DNA of 64,000 nucleotides. Origin: an uncultured delta proteobacterium. Lineage in GTDB: Bacteria > Myxococcota_A > UBA9160 > SZUA-336. Position numbers and translations under genes: made by a program. Positions within the stretch are counted from its first letter, which is position 1. Every line of letters starts with the position of its first letter. Below are positions 26,837 through 37,841 of the stretch, in pieces. The stretch covers positions 544,001-608,000 of the forward strand of contig CAVPHD010000001.1 in NCBI GenBank assembly GCA_963704165.1. Reading direction: 5' to 3'. Under the pieces are notes generated by a model, which had not been told where the DNA came from, searched no databases, and worked only from the letters and a program-made list of their open reading frames with translations.

Positions 26837-28378
26837 TTACGCTTGCGCGCTGCTCGGCTGGAAGGTCTTGCCGAACGCGGCGAGTGCCTCGTCGAGCTTC
26901 GGGCGGGTCTGATCCGACAGAGCGCCACTCGACTTGATCTCGGCCAGGATCTCCGGATGGCGCTGTTGCAGGAACGCCGTCATCTCGTCCGCGTAGCGCG
27001 GGATGTCCTCGGTCGGGTAGTTGCGCACGAAGGACGCGCCACCGTCGGCGCGCGGGGTCGCGGAGTAGATCTGAACGACCTGCTCCTCGACCGGAAGCGG
27101 CACGTACTGTCCCTGGCGGAGCATCATCGTCAGACGCTGACCGTTCGCGAGCTGCTCCTGTGTCGCGCGATCGAGGTCGCTGCCGAACTGCGCGAAGGCC
27201 TCGACCTCACGGTACTGCGCGAGCGTCGTGCGCAGGGTGCCGGCGACCGCCTTCATCGCCTTCACCTGCGCGCTCGAGCCGACGCGCGAGACGGAGATGC
27301 CGGCGTTCATCGCCGGCCGCTGGCCGGAGTTGAACAGGCCGGTCTCGAGGAAGATCTGGCCATCGGTGATCGAGATGACGTTGGTCGGGATGTAGTCGGA
27401 GACGTCGTTCGCCTGCGTCTCGATGATCGGCAGCGCGGTGAGGCTGCCGCTTCCCTGATCGGCGCTCATCTTCGCCGCTCGCTCGAGCAGGCGCGAATGC
27501 AGGTAGAAGACGTCACCGGGATAGGCCTGCCGTCCCGGTGGACGGCGGAGGAGGAGCGAGAGCTGCCGGTACGCGGTCGCGTGCTTCGAGAGATCGTCGT
27601 AGATGATCACCGCGTGCTTGCCGTTGTCGCGGAACCACTCGCCCATCGTGCAGCCCGTGTAGGGCGCGATGTACTGGAGCGGCGCTGGATCCGCGGCTCC
27701 GGCGGCGACGACGATCGTGTAGTCCATCGCTCCCTGCTCGGTCAGCTTCTGGACGACCTGCGCGACGGTGGACTGCTTCTGACCGATCGCGACGTAGATG
27801 CAGAAGACGTCGGTGTTCTTCTGATTGATGATCGTGTCGAGAGCGATCGCCGTCTTGCCCGTCTGCCGGTCGCCGATGATCAGCTCGCGCTGCCCGCGTC
27901 CGATCGGCGTCATGGCGTCGATGCACTTCAAACCGGTCTGAAGCGGCTCCTTCACGGGCTGCCGCTTGACGATGCCGGGCGCCTTGATCTCGACGAGCCG
28001 CGACTCGGTCGACTTGATCTCGCCCTTGCCGTCGATGGGCTCGCCGAGCGCGTTCACTACCCGGCCGCACAACATCTCGCCGACGGGAACCTGCATGATC
28101 TCGCCGAGGCGCTTGACGAGATGGCCTTCGCGGATGTGGCTACCCGTGCCCATCAGCGCGATGCCGACGTTGTCGTCCTCGAGATTCAGCACCAGTCCAC
28201 GCACTCCGCCAGCGAACTCGACGAGCTCACCGGCCATGGCATTGGCGAGTCCGTAGACCCGCGCGATTCCGTCGCCGACCGAGAGAACGGTGCCGGTTTC
28301 GGCGATGTCGACCTCGCGGTCGTAGTCGCGGATCTGCCGCCGGATGATCTCGCTGATCTCCGCTGCCTTGATCTTCAT
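26837..28378 (-). CDS. atpA: ATP synthase F1 alpha
   Basis: [30 protein letters not shown] and [11 protein letters not shown]. Confidence 0.97.
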   Translation of the reverse strand: MKIKAAEISEIIRRQIRDYDREVDIAETGTVLSVGDGIARVYGLANAMAGELVEFAGGVRGLVLNLEDDNVGIALMGTGSHIREGHLVKRLGEIMQVPVGEMLCGRVVNALGEPIDGKGEIKSTESRLVEIKAPGIVKRQPVKEPLQTGLKCIDAMTPIGRGQRELIIGDRQTGKTAIALDTIINQKNTDVFCIYVAIGQKQSTVAQVVQKLTEQGAMDYTIVVAAGAADPAPLQYIAPYTGCTMGEWFRDNGKHAVIIYDDLSKHATAYRQLSLLLRRPPGRQAYPGDVFYLHSRLLERAAKMSADQGSGSLTALPIIETQANDVSDYIPTNVISITDGQIFLETGLFNSGQRPAMNAGISVSRVGSSAQVKAMKAVAGTLRTTLAQYREVEAFAQFGSDLDRATQEQLANGQRLTMMLRQGQYVPLPVEEQVVQIYSATPRADGGASFVRNYPTEDIPRYADEMTAFLQQRHPEILAEIKSSGALSDQTRPKLDEALAAFGKTFQPSSAQA

Positions 28379-28929
28379 GTCGCGGGCCCCTTCCTGAGAT
28401 TTGCGCCGAGGTTCTCGAGCTGAGTGCGGATGCTTCCGTCGAGCAGCAGGTCGCCGATGCGCGCGACGATGCCACCGATCAGTGTCGGATCGATCGCGAC
28501 CGCGAGCGTCACGTTCGCGTTCACTCGCCGGGAGATCGCCTGTTGAATCTGCTGCTGGACGTCGGGTGCGAGCGGACGGGCGCTGACGATGTGCGCCTCC
28601 ATCCGACCGGCTTCCGCGTCGACGAGAGCGCGGAGCTCGTCGCGAATGTCGATGAGCAGCGCAGTCCGGTTCTGATCGACGAGGAGCGCGCTGAACGTGC
28701 GCACCTCGGGGGAAATCGCGAGACGCTCCGAGAGTTCGCGGATCAGCGCCTTCCGCTCGGTTCGCGGATAGATCGGTGTGAAGAGCGCCCGCTCGAGCTC
28801 GGAGTTCGCCGAGATCTCCTCGGCGAGCGTGTCGAGTTCCGCGAAGAGGCGGGCACGCGCGGGCGCATCCTCGCCGAGCGCGAAGAGGGCGCGCGCATAG
28901 CGGCGCGCGATCTCACTTCCGCCGATCAA
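28375..28929 (-). CDS. atpH: ATP synthase delta
   Basis: [10 protein letters not shown] and DPTLIGG....GD.LLDGS; TTG start overlapping the atpF stop. Confidence 0.92.
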   Translation of the reverse strand: MIGGSEIARRYARALFALGEDAPARARLFAELDTLAEEISANSELERALFTPIYPRTERKALIRELSERLAISPEVRTFSALLVDQNRTALLIDIRDELRALVDAEAGRMEAHIVSARPLAPDVQQQIQQAISRRVNANVTLAVAIDPTLIGGIVARIGDLLLDGSIRTQLENLGANLRKGPAT

Positions 28930-29501
28930 GTTCGCCTCCCGATCTGCTCGACGAATTCGCTGACCAGGCGGCGATCGTCGTCCGGAGTCACGCTCTGACG
29001 GATGATCTCCGCCGCGAGATTCGTGGCGAGCTGCGCGGCTTCTTCCTGGAGCTCGCGCCGCGCACGCAGGATCTCCTGATCCGCCGCGCGCCGGGCCTCC
29101 TGGCGGATTCGCTCGGCGGCCTGATTCGCCCGCTCCAAGGCGAGCACTCGCTCCGCCTCGGCCTGCTCGCAAGCCGCGCGGACGAACTCGGCGTTCTCCT
29201 CGTTGGCGCGCGCGAGGCGCGCATTGAGCTCCGCGGTCTCGGCACGGGCGGCAGCCAGGGCCTGCTCGGCGCCTTCGATCCGCCGGCGAATTCCGTCGCT
29301 TCGATCGAGCAGGAAGTTCTTGAGCGGCTCGCGCGCGAAGTAGACGATCACGCCGATCAGGATTCCGAGGCCGAGCGCGTGAAAGAAGAAGTAGCCCCAG
29401 TCGAGCCCGGTTTCACCGTGTTCTGCCGAGGCCGCTGCGGCGATCTCGGGTAGCGTCGCGAGCGCGACGAGTGCGATTCCGAGGACCGACGCACGCCGCA
29501 T
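28926..29501 (-). CDS. atpF: ATP synthase F0 subunit b
   Basis: TM segment plus coiled coil; position in the operon. Confidence 0.85.
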   Translation of the reverse strand: MRRASVLGIALVALATLPEIAAAASAEHGETGLDWGYFFFHALGLGILIGVIVYFAREPLKNFLLDRSDGIRRRIEGAEQALAAARAETAELNARLARANEENAEFVRAACEQAEAERVLALERANQAAERIRQEARRAADQEILRARRELQEEAAQLATNLAAEIIRQSVTPDDDRRLVSEFVEQIGRRT

Positions 29502-30017
29502 CAGAGCGCCCTTCCCAGGATTCGCGTGGCGACCTCGCGCGCGAGCGTCCGTGCATCCGTCGCCAGGCCCGTCCGGGCTTCAGCAAGTTCCGAGACGGAC
29601 GGACTGGCGCACGCCCTCGATGATTCCGGTGGCTTCGGCGCGCACGGCGTCGAGCACGGCGCGCTCCTGGATTTCGCCGTCGGCGAGGATCGCGGTGCGG
29701 CGCATCTGCGAGGTCGCGCGCGCTTCCGCGAGTTGCTCCTCGAGTGCCGAACGCGCTGCGCGCGCCTCGTCGCCGAGCTGCTGCGATTGCGCGAGAGCCC
29801 CCGAGGTTCGCGACTCGCGCTCGTCGAGGATTCGCATCAACGGCCGAACGAGGAGGCGGTTCACCGGATAGATCAGCAGGAGGAACAGGGCGATGTTCGT
29901 CGCGACGATGGTCGCGTCGGGGATCAGGTTGAGTCCGGCCGCCGCCGCGGAGGCGGGCATGGCCATCCCGGCCAGAATCGCGATCGGCCGGAGCCAGGAG
30001 GTCGCCTCGGAACGCAC
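29501..30017 (-). CDS. ATP synthase F0 subunit b' (frameshift ~29595)
   Basis: LNLIPD..TM..LLVRPLMRILDER; a shifted frame continues ...LAREVATRILGRAL* and overlaps the atpF ATG. Confidence 0.8.
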
Positions 30018-30245
30018 GGTGATCCCCTCTCTCTATCGCAGGTCCCTCACCGCGGACCGTAGACGCTGACGACAGTCCCGAGGCCACGATGACTCGCGCC
30101 GCCGCACGTGGGTTGCGCGCGAGGGCAGAGCCCCGGCGGGACACGAGCCCGCCTCGGCGGCCGGCAGTATGGCAAAGGACGCTTCCAAGTCAATCAGCGC
30201 CACTGCCACATTTCGCTGCCCCGAGGCGGGCTCGCGGCCCGTCGC

Positions 30246-30605
30246 TCAGCGTCGAGGCGCTTGGGTCGGCTCGGAGTGCGCGGACTCGCCCATTTCGATG
30301 CGCGCCGTCACCCGCGCGCCGTCGTCGATTCGGATTCGCGGCGTTCGGACCGTGCCGTCCAATCGGCCCTGGGGCCCGATCTCGACACGCTCTTTCGCGG
30401 TCACCTCGCCGACGACGGAGCCGCGAACCACCAAGCTGCGCACCTCGAGCTTGGCGTCGATCGTCCCGGTCTCGCCAACGATGAGTGTTCCGTCCGCGCT
30501 CGCCGTTCCCTTGAAGTGTCCGTCAATCCGAACGGAGCCCGTGAACGAGATCTTGCCCTCGAAGGACGTACCGCTGTCGAGAAATGTCTGGAGCCCGTCT
30601 TTCAT
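30246..30605 (-). CDS. Bactofilin (polymer-forming cytoskeletal protein)
   Basis: GTSFEGKISF.GSVRIDG.FKG...LIVGETG.I beta-helix repeats. Confidence 0.9.
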   Translation of the reverse strand: MKDGLQTFLDSGTSFEGKISFTGSVRIDGHFKGTASADGTLIVGETGTIDAKLEVRSLVVRGSVVGEVTAKERVEIGPQGRLDGTVRTPRIRIDDGARVTARIEMGESAHSEPTQAPRR

Positions 30606-31492
30606 GATTCACCTCCGAGGAGCCGCTCGCTCAGGCGGTCGAGCTCGCTCTCGCCGTGGAACTCGATTTCGATGCGGCCGCGCGCACGACGTCCGACGAT
30701 CCGCACTTTTGTCTTCAGCGCCTTTCTGAGCTGCTCTTCGAGATCGATCACGTGAACGTCTCTCGAGGGGCCCGGTCGCGGCTTCTGACGCGAGGTTGAC
30801 GCAGCGCGTCGTCCAAGCTCTTCCGCCGCTCGAACCGACAAACCCTGCCGAACGATCTGATCTCGGACCAGCGCGCGCTGCGGGGCCGGGACTTGCAGTA
30901 TGGCCTTCGCGTGCCCCATCGAGATGCGCTGATCGATCAGATCCTGCTGAATCGGAGTCGGTAGCTCGAGTAGGCGTAGGTGATTCGACACACTCGATCG
31001 ATCGAGCCCGACTCGGCGGCCGACCTCGTCCTGCGTCATTTCCTCGTCATCGACGAGCACCTTGAACGCCTCGGCGAGCTCCATCGGATTCAGGTCCGCT
31101 CGTTGGACGTTCTCGACCAGGGCCATTTCGACGACCTGCCGATCGCTCGCGTCGAGCACGACGACGGGCACCTCGTCGAGCCCGGCGATCTGCGACGCTC
31201 GCCAGCGGCGCTCGCCGATGATCAGCTCGTAGCCGTCACCGCGCTTTCGGACGACCAACGGCTGCAGGACTCCCTGCTCGCGAATCGAGGCCGCGAGGGT
31301 GGACAGCTCGCTCTCGCGGAATGCCTTGCGCGGCTGGTTGGGGTTCGGCGCGATGCGCGCGACCGAGACGAAGAGCGGCGCGGCCGTCGTGTCCTCGGAG
31401 TCCGGTCCGCTCCGCCCGCTCGACGGGACGGATGGCGACGGAGTGGGAATCAGGGCCGAAAGACCGCGTCCGAGCGCCTTACGTGTGGCCAT
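30602..31492 (-). CDS. parB: Chromosome partition protein ParB
   Basis: RKALGRGLSALI, PNPNQPRK, GERRWRA and ALVENVQR.DL. Confidence 0.96.
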   Translation of the reverse strand: MATRKALGRGLSALIPTPSPSVPSSGRSGPDSEDTTAAPLFVSVARIAPNPNQPRKAFRESELSTLAASIREQGVLQPLVVRKRGDGYELIIGERRWRASQIAGLDEVPVVVLDASDRQVVEMALVENVQRADLNPMELAEAFKVLVDDEEMTQDEVGRRVGLDRSSVSNHLRLLELPTPIQQDLIDQRISMGHAKAILQVPAPQRALVRDQIVRQGLSVRAAEELGRRAASTSRQKPRPGPSRDVHVIDLEEQLRKALKTKVRIVGRRARGRIEIEFHGESELDRLSERLLGGES

Positions 31493-32255
31493 GGTTGATC
31501 CTTTCCAGAACCTCCTCGGCGAGCTGCAGATAGCTCAGCGCTCCCTTGGAGTTGATGTCGTAGAGAAGCGCCGGCTTCCCATAGCTCGGCGCCTCCGAGA
31601 GGCGGACGTTTCGGGGAATCACCGTTCGGAAGACCTGGCCGGCGAAGTGCTCGCGCGTCTCGCGCGCGACCTGCATCGCCAGGTTGTTGCGAACGTCGTA
31701 CATGGTCAGCAGCAAGCCCTCGATCTCGAGCTTCGGATTCAGCGACGAGCGCACGAGCTCGATCGTCTGGGTCAGCTTCGCGAGACCCTCGAGCGCCAGG
31801 TACTCGCACTGCAGCGGAACCAGAACCGAATCGGCCGCGACCAGGGCATTCAACGTCAAGAGGCCGAGCGAGGGCGGCGTATCGATCAGAACTACCCGAA
31901 ATTGCTCGCGAATTGGATCTATCGCGCGACTCAGACGCCGCTCGCGATCGGGAGCCGAGGCGAGCTCGACCTCGGCCCCGACGAGCTCGGTGGACGAGGG
32001 GGCGAGCTTCAGGAACTGAAGCTGCGTCTCGAGCAGGATCTCACCGAGCTTTGCGTCACCAAGCAGGGCGTCGTAGGTGTCCGCCCCGTAGTCCGACGGT
32101 GAAAAGCCCAGGCTCGACGTCGCATTCGCCTGGGGATCGAGGTCGATCAGAAGAGTCGGGCACTCCGCGGCCGCCAGCGAAGCCGCGAGATTTACAGCGG
32201 TCGTCGTCTTTCCGACGCCGCCTTTCTGGTTCGCAACAACGATGACTCGAGCCAC
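31479..32255 (-). CDS. parA: Chromosome partition ATPase ParA
   Basis: ANQKGGVGKTT, DLDPQANAT, DTPPSLG and IPRNVRLSEAPS. Confidence 0.96.
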   Translation of the reverse strand: MARVIVVANQKGGVGKTTTAVNLAASLAAAECPTLLIDLDPQANATSSLGFSPSDYGADTYDALLGDAKLGEILLETQLQFLKLAPSSTELVGAEVELASAPDRERRLSRAIDPIREQFRVVLIDTPPSLGLLTLNALVAADSVLVPLQCEYLALEGLAKLTQTIELVRSSLNPKLEIEGLLLTMYDVRNNLAMQVARETREHFAGQVFRTVIPRNVRLSEAPSYGKPALLYDINSKGALSYLQLAEEVLERINHGHT

Positions 32256-32295
32256 TCTCCACCCCGCGGCATCCCGCGCCCCGATACTACCCCAT

Positions 32296-32311
32296 CGTTC
32301 CACGTGCAAGG
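32296..32311. promoter_or_regulatory. Putative parS site
   Basis: CGTTCCACGTGCAAGG resembles the parS palindrome and lies just upstream of parA. Confidence 0.55.
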
Positions 32312-32339
32312 AGTCGAAGTGAGCAGACCCCGAGGCACT

Positions 32340-32891
32340 TCAGGTCGTTCCACGGGAAACCGCCGCCGCAGGAACGCGCAAGATCGCGCCGCTCGAGGCG
32401 AGGGCGATGCGTCGTGCGCCCGGTAAATCGACGCCGGGGCCAGCCCAGATCCAGACTTCGCCCTCCTCGCAGGCCCAGGGCCGGCCGAGCTCGACGGAGC
32501 GCTCCGGCGCCGCAACTGCTCGCAGCAACACCCGATCGAAGCGCTTAGGCGGCGTCTTTTCGATCGACTCGCGAAGCACCTCGACCCGGAGGTCCAGGGT
32601 GCGGATGACGTGCCGCAGGAAGGCGACGCGTTTCTCGCGGATCTCGACGAGACTCACGCGAAGATCACGTCGGGCGATCGCGATCGGAAGTCCCGGGAAT
32701 CCTGCCCCGCTGCCGAGATCGACGACGGAGAGGTCAGGTTCCAGGTGTGGAACAGCGGCGAGCGCATCTTCCACGTGCCTCGAGATCGCCGCCGGAGCGG
32801 TCGAGCCGACCAGGTTCATCCGCTCACCCCAGCGGCAGAGCTCCTGGACGAAGAACTCGAGCGCCTCGCCGCCGGCCGCCGCTCGACTCAA
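32340..32891 (-). CDS. rsmG: 16S rRNA m7G527 methyltransferase
   Basis: W...MNLV, H..D, DLGSGAGFPG and KRVAFL; position before parA. Confidence 0.92.
   Translation of the reverse strand: MSRAAAGGEALEFFVQELCRWGERMNLVGSTAPAAISRHVEDALAAVPHLEPDLSVVDLGSGAGFPGLPIAIARRDLRVSLVEIREKRVAFLRHVIRTLDLRVEVLRESIEKTPPKRFDRVLLRAVAAPERSVELGRPWACEEGEVWIWAGPGVDLPGARRIALASSGAILRVPAAAVSRGTT
32346..32361. promoter_or_regulatory. Putative parS site (in rsmG 3' end, encoding VSRGT)
   Basis: CGTTCCACGGGAAACC. Confidence 0.6.
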
Positions 32892-33900
32892 TCGGGAGTA
32901 ATACGGACGCGCTTGCGCGGGCCGTCGCCCTCGCTCTCCGAGCGGACGCCGCGCTCATCCTTCAACGTGTTGTGCACGACCCAACGCTCGCGCGAGTTCA
33001 TCGGGCGCAACAACTCCGGCTCACCGGAGCGCCGTACGATTTCAGCCGCTTCTCGAGCCATGCGCTCGAGTGCCACCTCGTCGATGTCGCGCTCGCGGTC
33101 GTCGGAATCGCGGCGATTTCCGTCGCGGCGGCCATCGCGTCGAGGTCGGTCGTCCCGCTCGTCGCTCTGGGGGCGACGGGCACCGCGAATATCCACGCGC
33201 GCTGCCACCTCGTCATCGACGAGCATCTCGGCCGCGCGGTGAGCGAGGTGCGAGAGCGCGGCCGCAAACCGCGGCTCGCGATCGCTGAGGGCCGCGATCG
33301 CCGCGCCGTCGAGCGAAATGATGATGTCGCCCTCCTCGGTTTCCGTTTCGGTCACGGCTATGCCGCGCAGCTTCATGCGCTCGAGAATTCCGGCGACGAA
33401 CTCACCGACCGGCCCGAGTTCTCCGTCCTCGAGATCCGCGTCGGAATCCTCGACCGGCTCTGGTACGGCGCGGGGGGCCGGGCGCTCGGGTCGCGCGGCT
33501 CGGGCGGGTGCCTCGACCCGATCGGAGCGCTCGGTTCGCTGCGGCCGCTCCGTCGCTCCTGTCGCTCCGGTCGCTCCGGTCGCTCATTCCGCTCACTCCG
33601 CTCGGGTCGCTCGCTCCGCGGCGGACGCGCGGGACGTTCCTCGAGACGCTCGTCCCGCCTCTCCGGCCGCTGTTGGGATCGCGGTTCCGGGCGTCGTTCT
33701 TCCCGGGGCGCTGATCGCGCCGACAGCGGCGCGGCGATCAGGAGTACGTTTGAACCCAGTCCCGAGACTGTGACTGTGGCAGGAACCACCCACACATCGA
33801 GCTGATCTGGGGACAGTCGGAAGAATGCTGCGGCCTTGCCGAGGGCCTCCTCCCGGCTCTCCGCCACGAATTCCCGAGCGTCGTCTACCGATGCGTTCAT
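32888..33900 (-). CDS. jag: Jag/EloR (KhpB) RNA-binding protein, split by a frameshift at ~33460-33540
   Basis: Jag_N (REF.AES.EEAL.KA), ERP-rich linker and R3H domain (PMNSRERWVVH...SESEGDGP); follows yidC. Confidence 0.8.
33552..33612. repeat. Degenerate 9-bp tandem repeat (cgctcNNNN) encoding the ER[P/S/N/Q] linker of Jag
   Basis: tcgctccgg tcgctccgg tcgctcatt ccgctcact ccgctcggg. Confidence 0.6.
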
Positions 33901-33922
33901 TCCTCGATCCTCCGAGCCCTCG

Positions 33923-35605
33923 TCAAGTCGCCGTCGGCTCCGCCGGCGTCCGATTGACGAAGAGCTGCTGCGCGATCCCGAGAAGGTTGCTCACGAACCA
34001 ATAGAGCACGAGCCCCGACGGGAACTGGTAAAACATGAACGTGAAGGCGACACTCATCAGTGTCATCATCTGGCGCTGCTGCGGATCCGCGTTGGGCGCG
34101 GGCGTCAACCGCTGCTGCAGGAGCATGGACCCGCCCATCAGCAGCGGGAGTACCCGGATCGGCAGACCCGCGATCGCGAAGAAATCCTCCGGCGACGACA
34201 GATCGTTGATCCAGAGTCCGAACGGAGCGTGGCGCAGCTCGATGGACGTCTGCAAAGCGAAATAGAGCGCGATCATGAACGGCATCTGGATCAGGATCGG
34301 CACGCAGCCGCCACCCATCGCCGAGAGCGGGTTCATCCCCTTCTGGCGGTAGAGCTTCATCATCTCTTCCTGGAGCTTGTCGCGGTCGCTCCCGTACTTG
34401 GTCTGAAGCTCCTTCATCTGCGGCGCGATGACGGCGAAGCGCTTCATCGACTTCATGGAGCGCTGCGTCAGAGGGAACGTCACCAGGCGCACAAGCAGGG
34501 TGACCAGGATGATCGCGATCCCGTAATTCGAGACGATGTTCGCGTAGGTCCAACGGAGCATGGCCTCGAACGCGTGAACCAGTGGCCGAACGAGTGCCCA
34601 GCCGGCGTTGATCGAATTCTCGAGACGAGGATCCACCGTGGCCACGATCTCGGGCACCTTGGGCCCGAAGTAGAGTCGGAAGCTGCGCTCGACACCGGTG
34701 CCGGGCGGCACCTCGAAGCTCGCGGCCCCGAGTGCCGACTGGCCGAGATCGCGACCGAGCGGACCGAGAAAAGCCGTGCTGTCGCGGGGGCTTTCCGGGA
34801 TGGCGGCGATCAGGAAGTACTGGCTGTCCACACCGACCCAATCGACGGGTGCGGGGTAGGAAGTGCCCGTCGGCGCGGACCGCCCGAGCAAGCCGCCGAA
34901 GAACCCGGCGGTCCCGATACCGGACACGGCCATGCGCTCGACCTCGCCATCGACCGACGCCACGAGGCTGTACTGCATGAAGTAGTCGGGCGAGCCGCCC
35001 GGTCGCTCCTGACCGTATCCGACCACATCGAGCTTGGGCACGAGCACCGCTTTGCTCTGGTTCTGGATTGACACGGTCGCGCGCCCACCATAGCCCGCGT
35101 CATCGAGTTCAACCCGGCGCGTCACGGAGACCCCGTCCTTGCTGGTGCGGAGCTCGACGGCGCGCGGACCCGACGACACGATCTCGTAGCGGGTAGCCTC
35201 GAGTGATCGCAGCGGCTCGGGTCCCAGAAAGATGAACAGCGCTCCGCGAGGCTGGGTCGTGACGAGCTCCACCGGCCCGGAGTCCAGATCGACCGTCGCG
35301 CGATACTCGAGCAGTTCGACGCTGTCGAGTCGGCCGCCGAGATTGCTGACGCCGACCCTCACTGCGTCATTCTCGAGCGTCATGATTTCCGCCGGCGGGC
35401 TGGTGGCGGACGGCTCCGAAGGCGCCGTCGGCCCGGCATGGCGATCTGGTGGCTCCGATGCGGGCGGCGGCAGCGCCGCGGGCGTCTCAGCCTCGGCGGC
35501 GGGAGCGTCGACCGGAGGAGCGGGGGGAGGAGAAGGCGCGAACAGAAACGACGCCACCATCAGTGCGACCGCGGCGGCTATGGCTGCAATTTGTATGCGA
35601 TCCAC
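33923..35605 (-). CDS. yidC: Membrane protein insertase
   Basis: NYGIAIILVT.LVR, KLYRQKGMNP..GGC.P.LIQMP, LWI.DLS and PSGLVLYW. Confidence 0.96.
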   Translation of the reverse strand: MDRIQIAAIAAAVALMVASFLFAPSPPPAPPVDAPAAEAETPAALPPPASEPPDRHAGPTAPSEPSATSPPAEIMTLENDAVRVGVSNLGGRLDSVELLEYRATVDLDSGPVELVTTQPRGALFIFLGPEPLRSLEATRYEIVSSGPRAVELRTSKDGVSVTRRVELDDAGYGGRATVSIQNQSKAVLVPKLDVVGYGQERPGGSPDYFMQYSLVASVDGEVERMAVSGIGTAGFFGGLLGRSAPTGTSYPAPVDWVGVDSQYFLIAAIPESPRDSTAFLGPLGRDLGQSALGAASFEVPPGTGVERSFRLYFGPKVPEIVATVDPRLENSINAGWALVRPLVHAFEAMLRWTYANIVSNYGIAIILVTLLVRLVTFPLTQRSMKSMKRFAVIAPQMKELQTKYGSDRDKLQEEMMKLYRQKGMNPLSAMGGGCVPILIQMPFMIALYFALQTSIELRHAPFGLWINDLSSPEDFFAIAGLPIRVLPLLMGGSMLLQQRLTPAPNADPQQRQMMTLMSVAFTFMFYQFPSGLVLYWFVSNLLGIAQQLFVNRTPAEPTAT

Positions 35606-35617
35606 TGCCAGACCCCT

Positions 35618-35812
35618 TCAGGGAAGATCCAGGCCGCCGCGGCCCAGTGGGTGACAGCGCGAGAGCCGTCGAAGTGCGCGAAGCCCTCCGCGGACGGCTC
35701 CATCGCGCTCGATGACTGCGACCGCATACTGCGAACAGCTCGGATTGAAGCGACACGCCGAACCCAGCCAGGGCGAAATCACCAACCGATACCCGCGGAT
35801 GAGTCCGATCAA
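35618..35812 (-). CDS. yidD: Membrane protein insertion efficiency factor
   Basis: Y...ISP....CRF.PSCSQY...RCHP..GG.D.P; start uncertain. Confidence 0.9.
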   Translation of the reverse strand: MIGLIRGYRLVISPWLGSACRFNPSCSQYAVAVIERDGAVRGGLRALRRLSRCHPLGRGGLDLP

Positions 35813-36150
35813 GGCTGCGCTTCCCGCACGCCGAGCGGTGTGAGACGCAGATCCAGGTCTTCGCGCACGTCCTCCAATCGCAGCGATTGCGGGATGTTGC
35901 GCTTGGCGATGAGGACTAGATCGCACGATCCGAACTCTCGAGAGCGACTGCGGAACCATTCGCGGGCGAGGCGCTTGATTCGGTTGCGCCGCACAGCGCC
36001 GCCGACCTTGCGAGTGACGGTAATGCCTAGGCGGGTGGGGCCGCCGTCCTTTCGATCCATGAGCAATGCAATGAAAAACCGAGTCGTCCGACGTTCGCCG
36101 AACTCGGAGGACGCGACGAAGTCACTTCTGCGCATTCTCCGACGAGGCAC
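35809..36150 (-). CDS. rnpA: Ribonuclease P protein component (start uncertain)
   Basis: RLGITVTRKVGGAVRRNRIKR..REWFR. Confidence 0.9.
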   Translation of the reverse strand: MPRRRMRRSDFVASSEFGERRTTRFFIALLMDRKDGGPTRLGITVTRKVGGAVRRNRIKRLAREWFRSRSREFGSCDLVLIAKRNIPQSLRLEDVREDLDLRLTPLGVREAQP

Positions 36151-36184
36151 TCTGCGGGCGTCAACGGCCGGCGCCGACTGATCG

Positions 36185-36334
36185 CTACTTCCTCTTCGAG
36201 ACCCGCGTGAGCTCGTGACGACCCTTCGCGCGCCGACGCGAGAGCACATTGCGCCCGGCTGCAGTGCTCATGCGGGCGCGGAAACCGTGATTGCGTGCGC
36301 GCCGGATTCGGCTGGGTTGGAACGTACGTTTCAT
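36185..36334 (-). CDS. rpmH: 50S ribosomal protein L34
   Basis: [10 protein letters not shown]...HGFRARM.T..GR.VL.RRR.KGR. Confidence 0.97.
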   Translation of the reverse strand: MKRTFQPSRIRRARNHGFRARMSTAAGRNVLSRRRAKGRHELTRVSKRK

Positions 36335-36524
36335 CGGAAAGCCTCTCGAACCGGGCGACTGGGTGGGCGTGTATAGAAGCACCGCCCCCAAGCAGTGTCA
36401 ACGTCGGCTCGTTCGGGAATTTCTCGACGAGAATCCGCCTCGTCTTCTTGCTTTGCTGCGCGCCGCTTTGATATGAGCAGGGAATCCCACTCCGCCATCG
36501 CCTCGTGAAAGGCTCGAAGCCCCC

Positions 36525-37841
36525 ATGACTGCCAGCACCCCGGGCCTCGTCTGTACGGACGGGGCGTCTTCACTTTGGAAGTCGGTGCTGAGCACCCTTG
36601 CGCATCGGCTGGCTCCCGGTACCCGCGACTCGCTCGCCCACGGCACGCACTGTCTCGGGCGAACGCCGGATTCGCTCCGGCTCGCGGCGAATCGGAGCGA
36701 GCTCGAATCGTGGATTCGCGCGGGACACATCAATGCGATCGAGACATCGCTCTCGAGCTCGACCGACGGTGCGGTGTCCCTTGCGCTGATCCCCGTCGAT
36801 GACGTCTCGGCGCTCCGAGCGGATCCGGTCTTCACCTTCGCGACTCTCGTTGCAAGCCCGGCGAACTCACGCGCGCACGCGCGCGCCCGAAGATTCGCGA
36901 GTGACGGGATCGCTTCTGGAGGTGGTCTCGCGATCCACGGCGCCGTCCGCTCGGGCAAGACCCACCTGCTGCGCGCGATCGCGGCGGCGCGCGGGGACTT
37001 CGATCCAGAGGGAACCGTCCTGTACCGGCGGGCCGATCAGCTCTCGCTCGATCTGGTGAGTGCGATCTCCACGGACGACGTCGACTCGTTCCGCGAGCAG
37101 CTGCTTGCCTCGACGGCCCTGCTGCTCGACGACGTTCACGAACTGCACGGCCGCGAGGCGACTCAGGAGGAGCTTCTGGGAATCCTCGATCTCTTCGAGG
37201 AGCGCGGGATCCCCGTGGCCATGGCCATGGCGAAGCCACCCGAGAGGTGCCCGGGGTTGATCGAGCCGCTGCGTAGACGCCTCACACGCCTGGAGTCGGT
37301 CGCGGTCCGCCCACCGGAATGGGAGACCCGGGTCGCCATCGTCCTGGCCCGGACCCGGAGCTGGGGCGTCGAGCCGAAGCCCTCGATCGCCGCCCTGCTC
37401 GCGAGCAACCTGCGGGGTGACCTCTCGCGCCTCGATGCGTTGCTGACGCGTCTCCTGTGCCAGTCGTCGTGGTGCAGCGGTCTCGAGGACGCCGAGGCCG
37501 TGAAGCTCCTGCTGAGCCACGCGAGCGACCCGCCCACCCTCATCACCCCAGAAGACGTGATGAACGCCGTCTCCCAGCAGTTCAATCTTCGCCCACGCGA
37601 CCTTCGCTCCGACAAGCGCAGCCCCCGCTTCACGACGCCGCGCCAGATCGCGATGTACCTGGTGCGACGCCACTGCGGGCTCTCTTACCCCGAGATCGGG
37701 CGACGATTCGCCAAACACCACACGACCGCGCTGCACTCGGACCGCGTGATCCAGAAACAGCTGGGTGAGAGCGCGAGCCTGCGCGCGGCGGTCCTCCTCG
37801 TCGAGAAGGAGCTGATGCGGGTCTCGGAGGCCGGTGGATAG
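36525..37841 (+). CDS. dnaA: Chromosomal replication initiator DnaA (divergent)
   Basis: Lies between rpmH and dnaN. Motifs FTF..LV...N, GKTHLL.AI, LLLDDV, P..ETR.AI, RQIAMYL and SYPEIG..F..HHTT.LH. Confidence 0.85.
   Translation: MTASTPGLVCTDGASSLWKSVLSTLAHRLAPGTRDSLAHGTHCLGRTPDSLRLAANRSELESWIRAGHINAIETSLSSSTDGAVSLALIPVDDVSALRADPVFTFATLVASPANSRAHARARRFASDGIASGGGLAIHGAVRSGKTHLLRAIAAARGDFDPEGTVLYRRADQLSLDLVSAISTDDVDSFREQLLASTALLLDDVHELHGREATQEELLGILDLFEERGIPVAMAMAKPPERCPGLIEPLRRRLTRLESVAVRPPEWETRVAIVLARTRSWGVEPKPSIAALLASNLRGDLSRLDALLTRLLCQSSWCSGLEDAEAVKLLLSHASDPPTLITPEDVMNAVSQQFNLRPRDLRSDKRSPRFTTPRQIAMYLVRRHCGLSYPEIGRRFAKHHTTALHSDRVIQKQLGESASLRAAVLLVEKELMRVSEAGG

Noticed and set aside
32737..32782. 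Additional parS-like sequences inside rsmG
   Set aside because: Wrong spacing or too many mismatches to support.
33552..33612. CRISPR or contingency repeat
   Set aside because: Short in-frame 9-bp coding repeat with no spacers or cas genes; no CRISPR array seen in the window.
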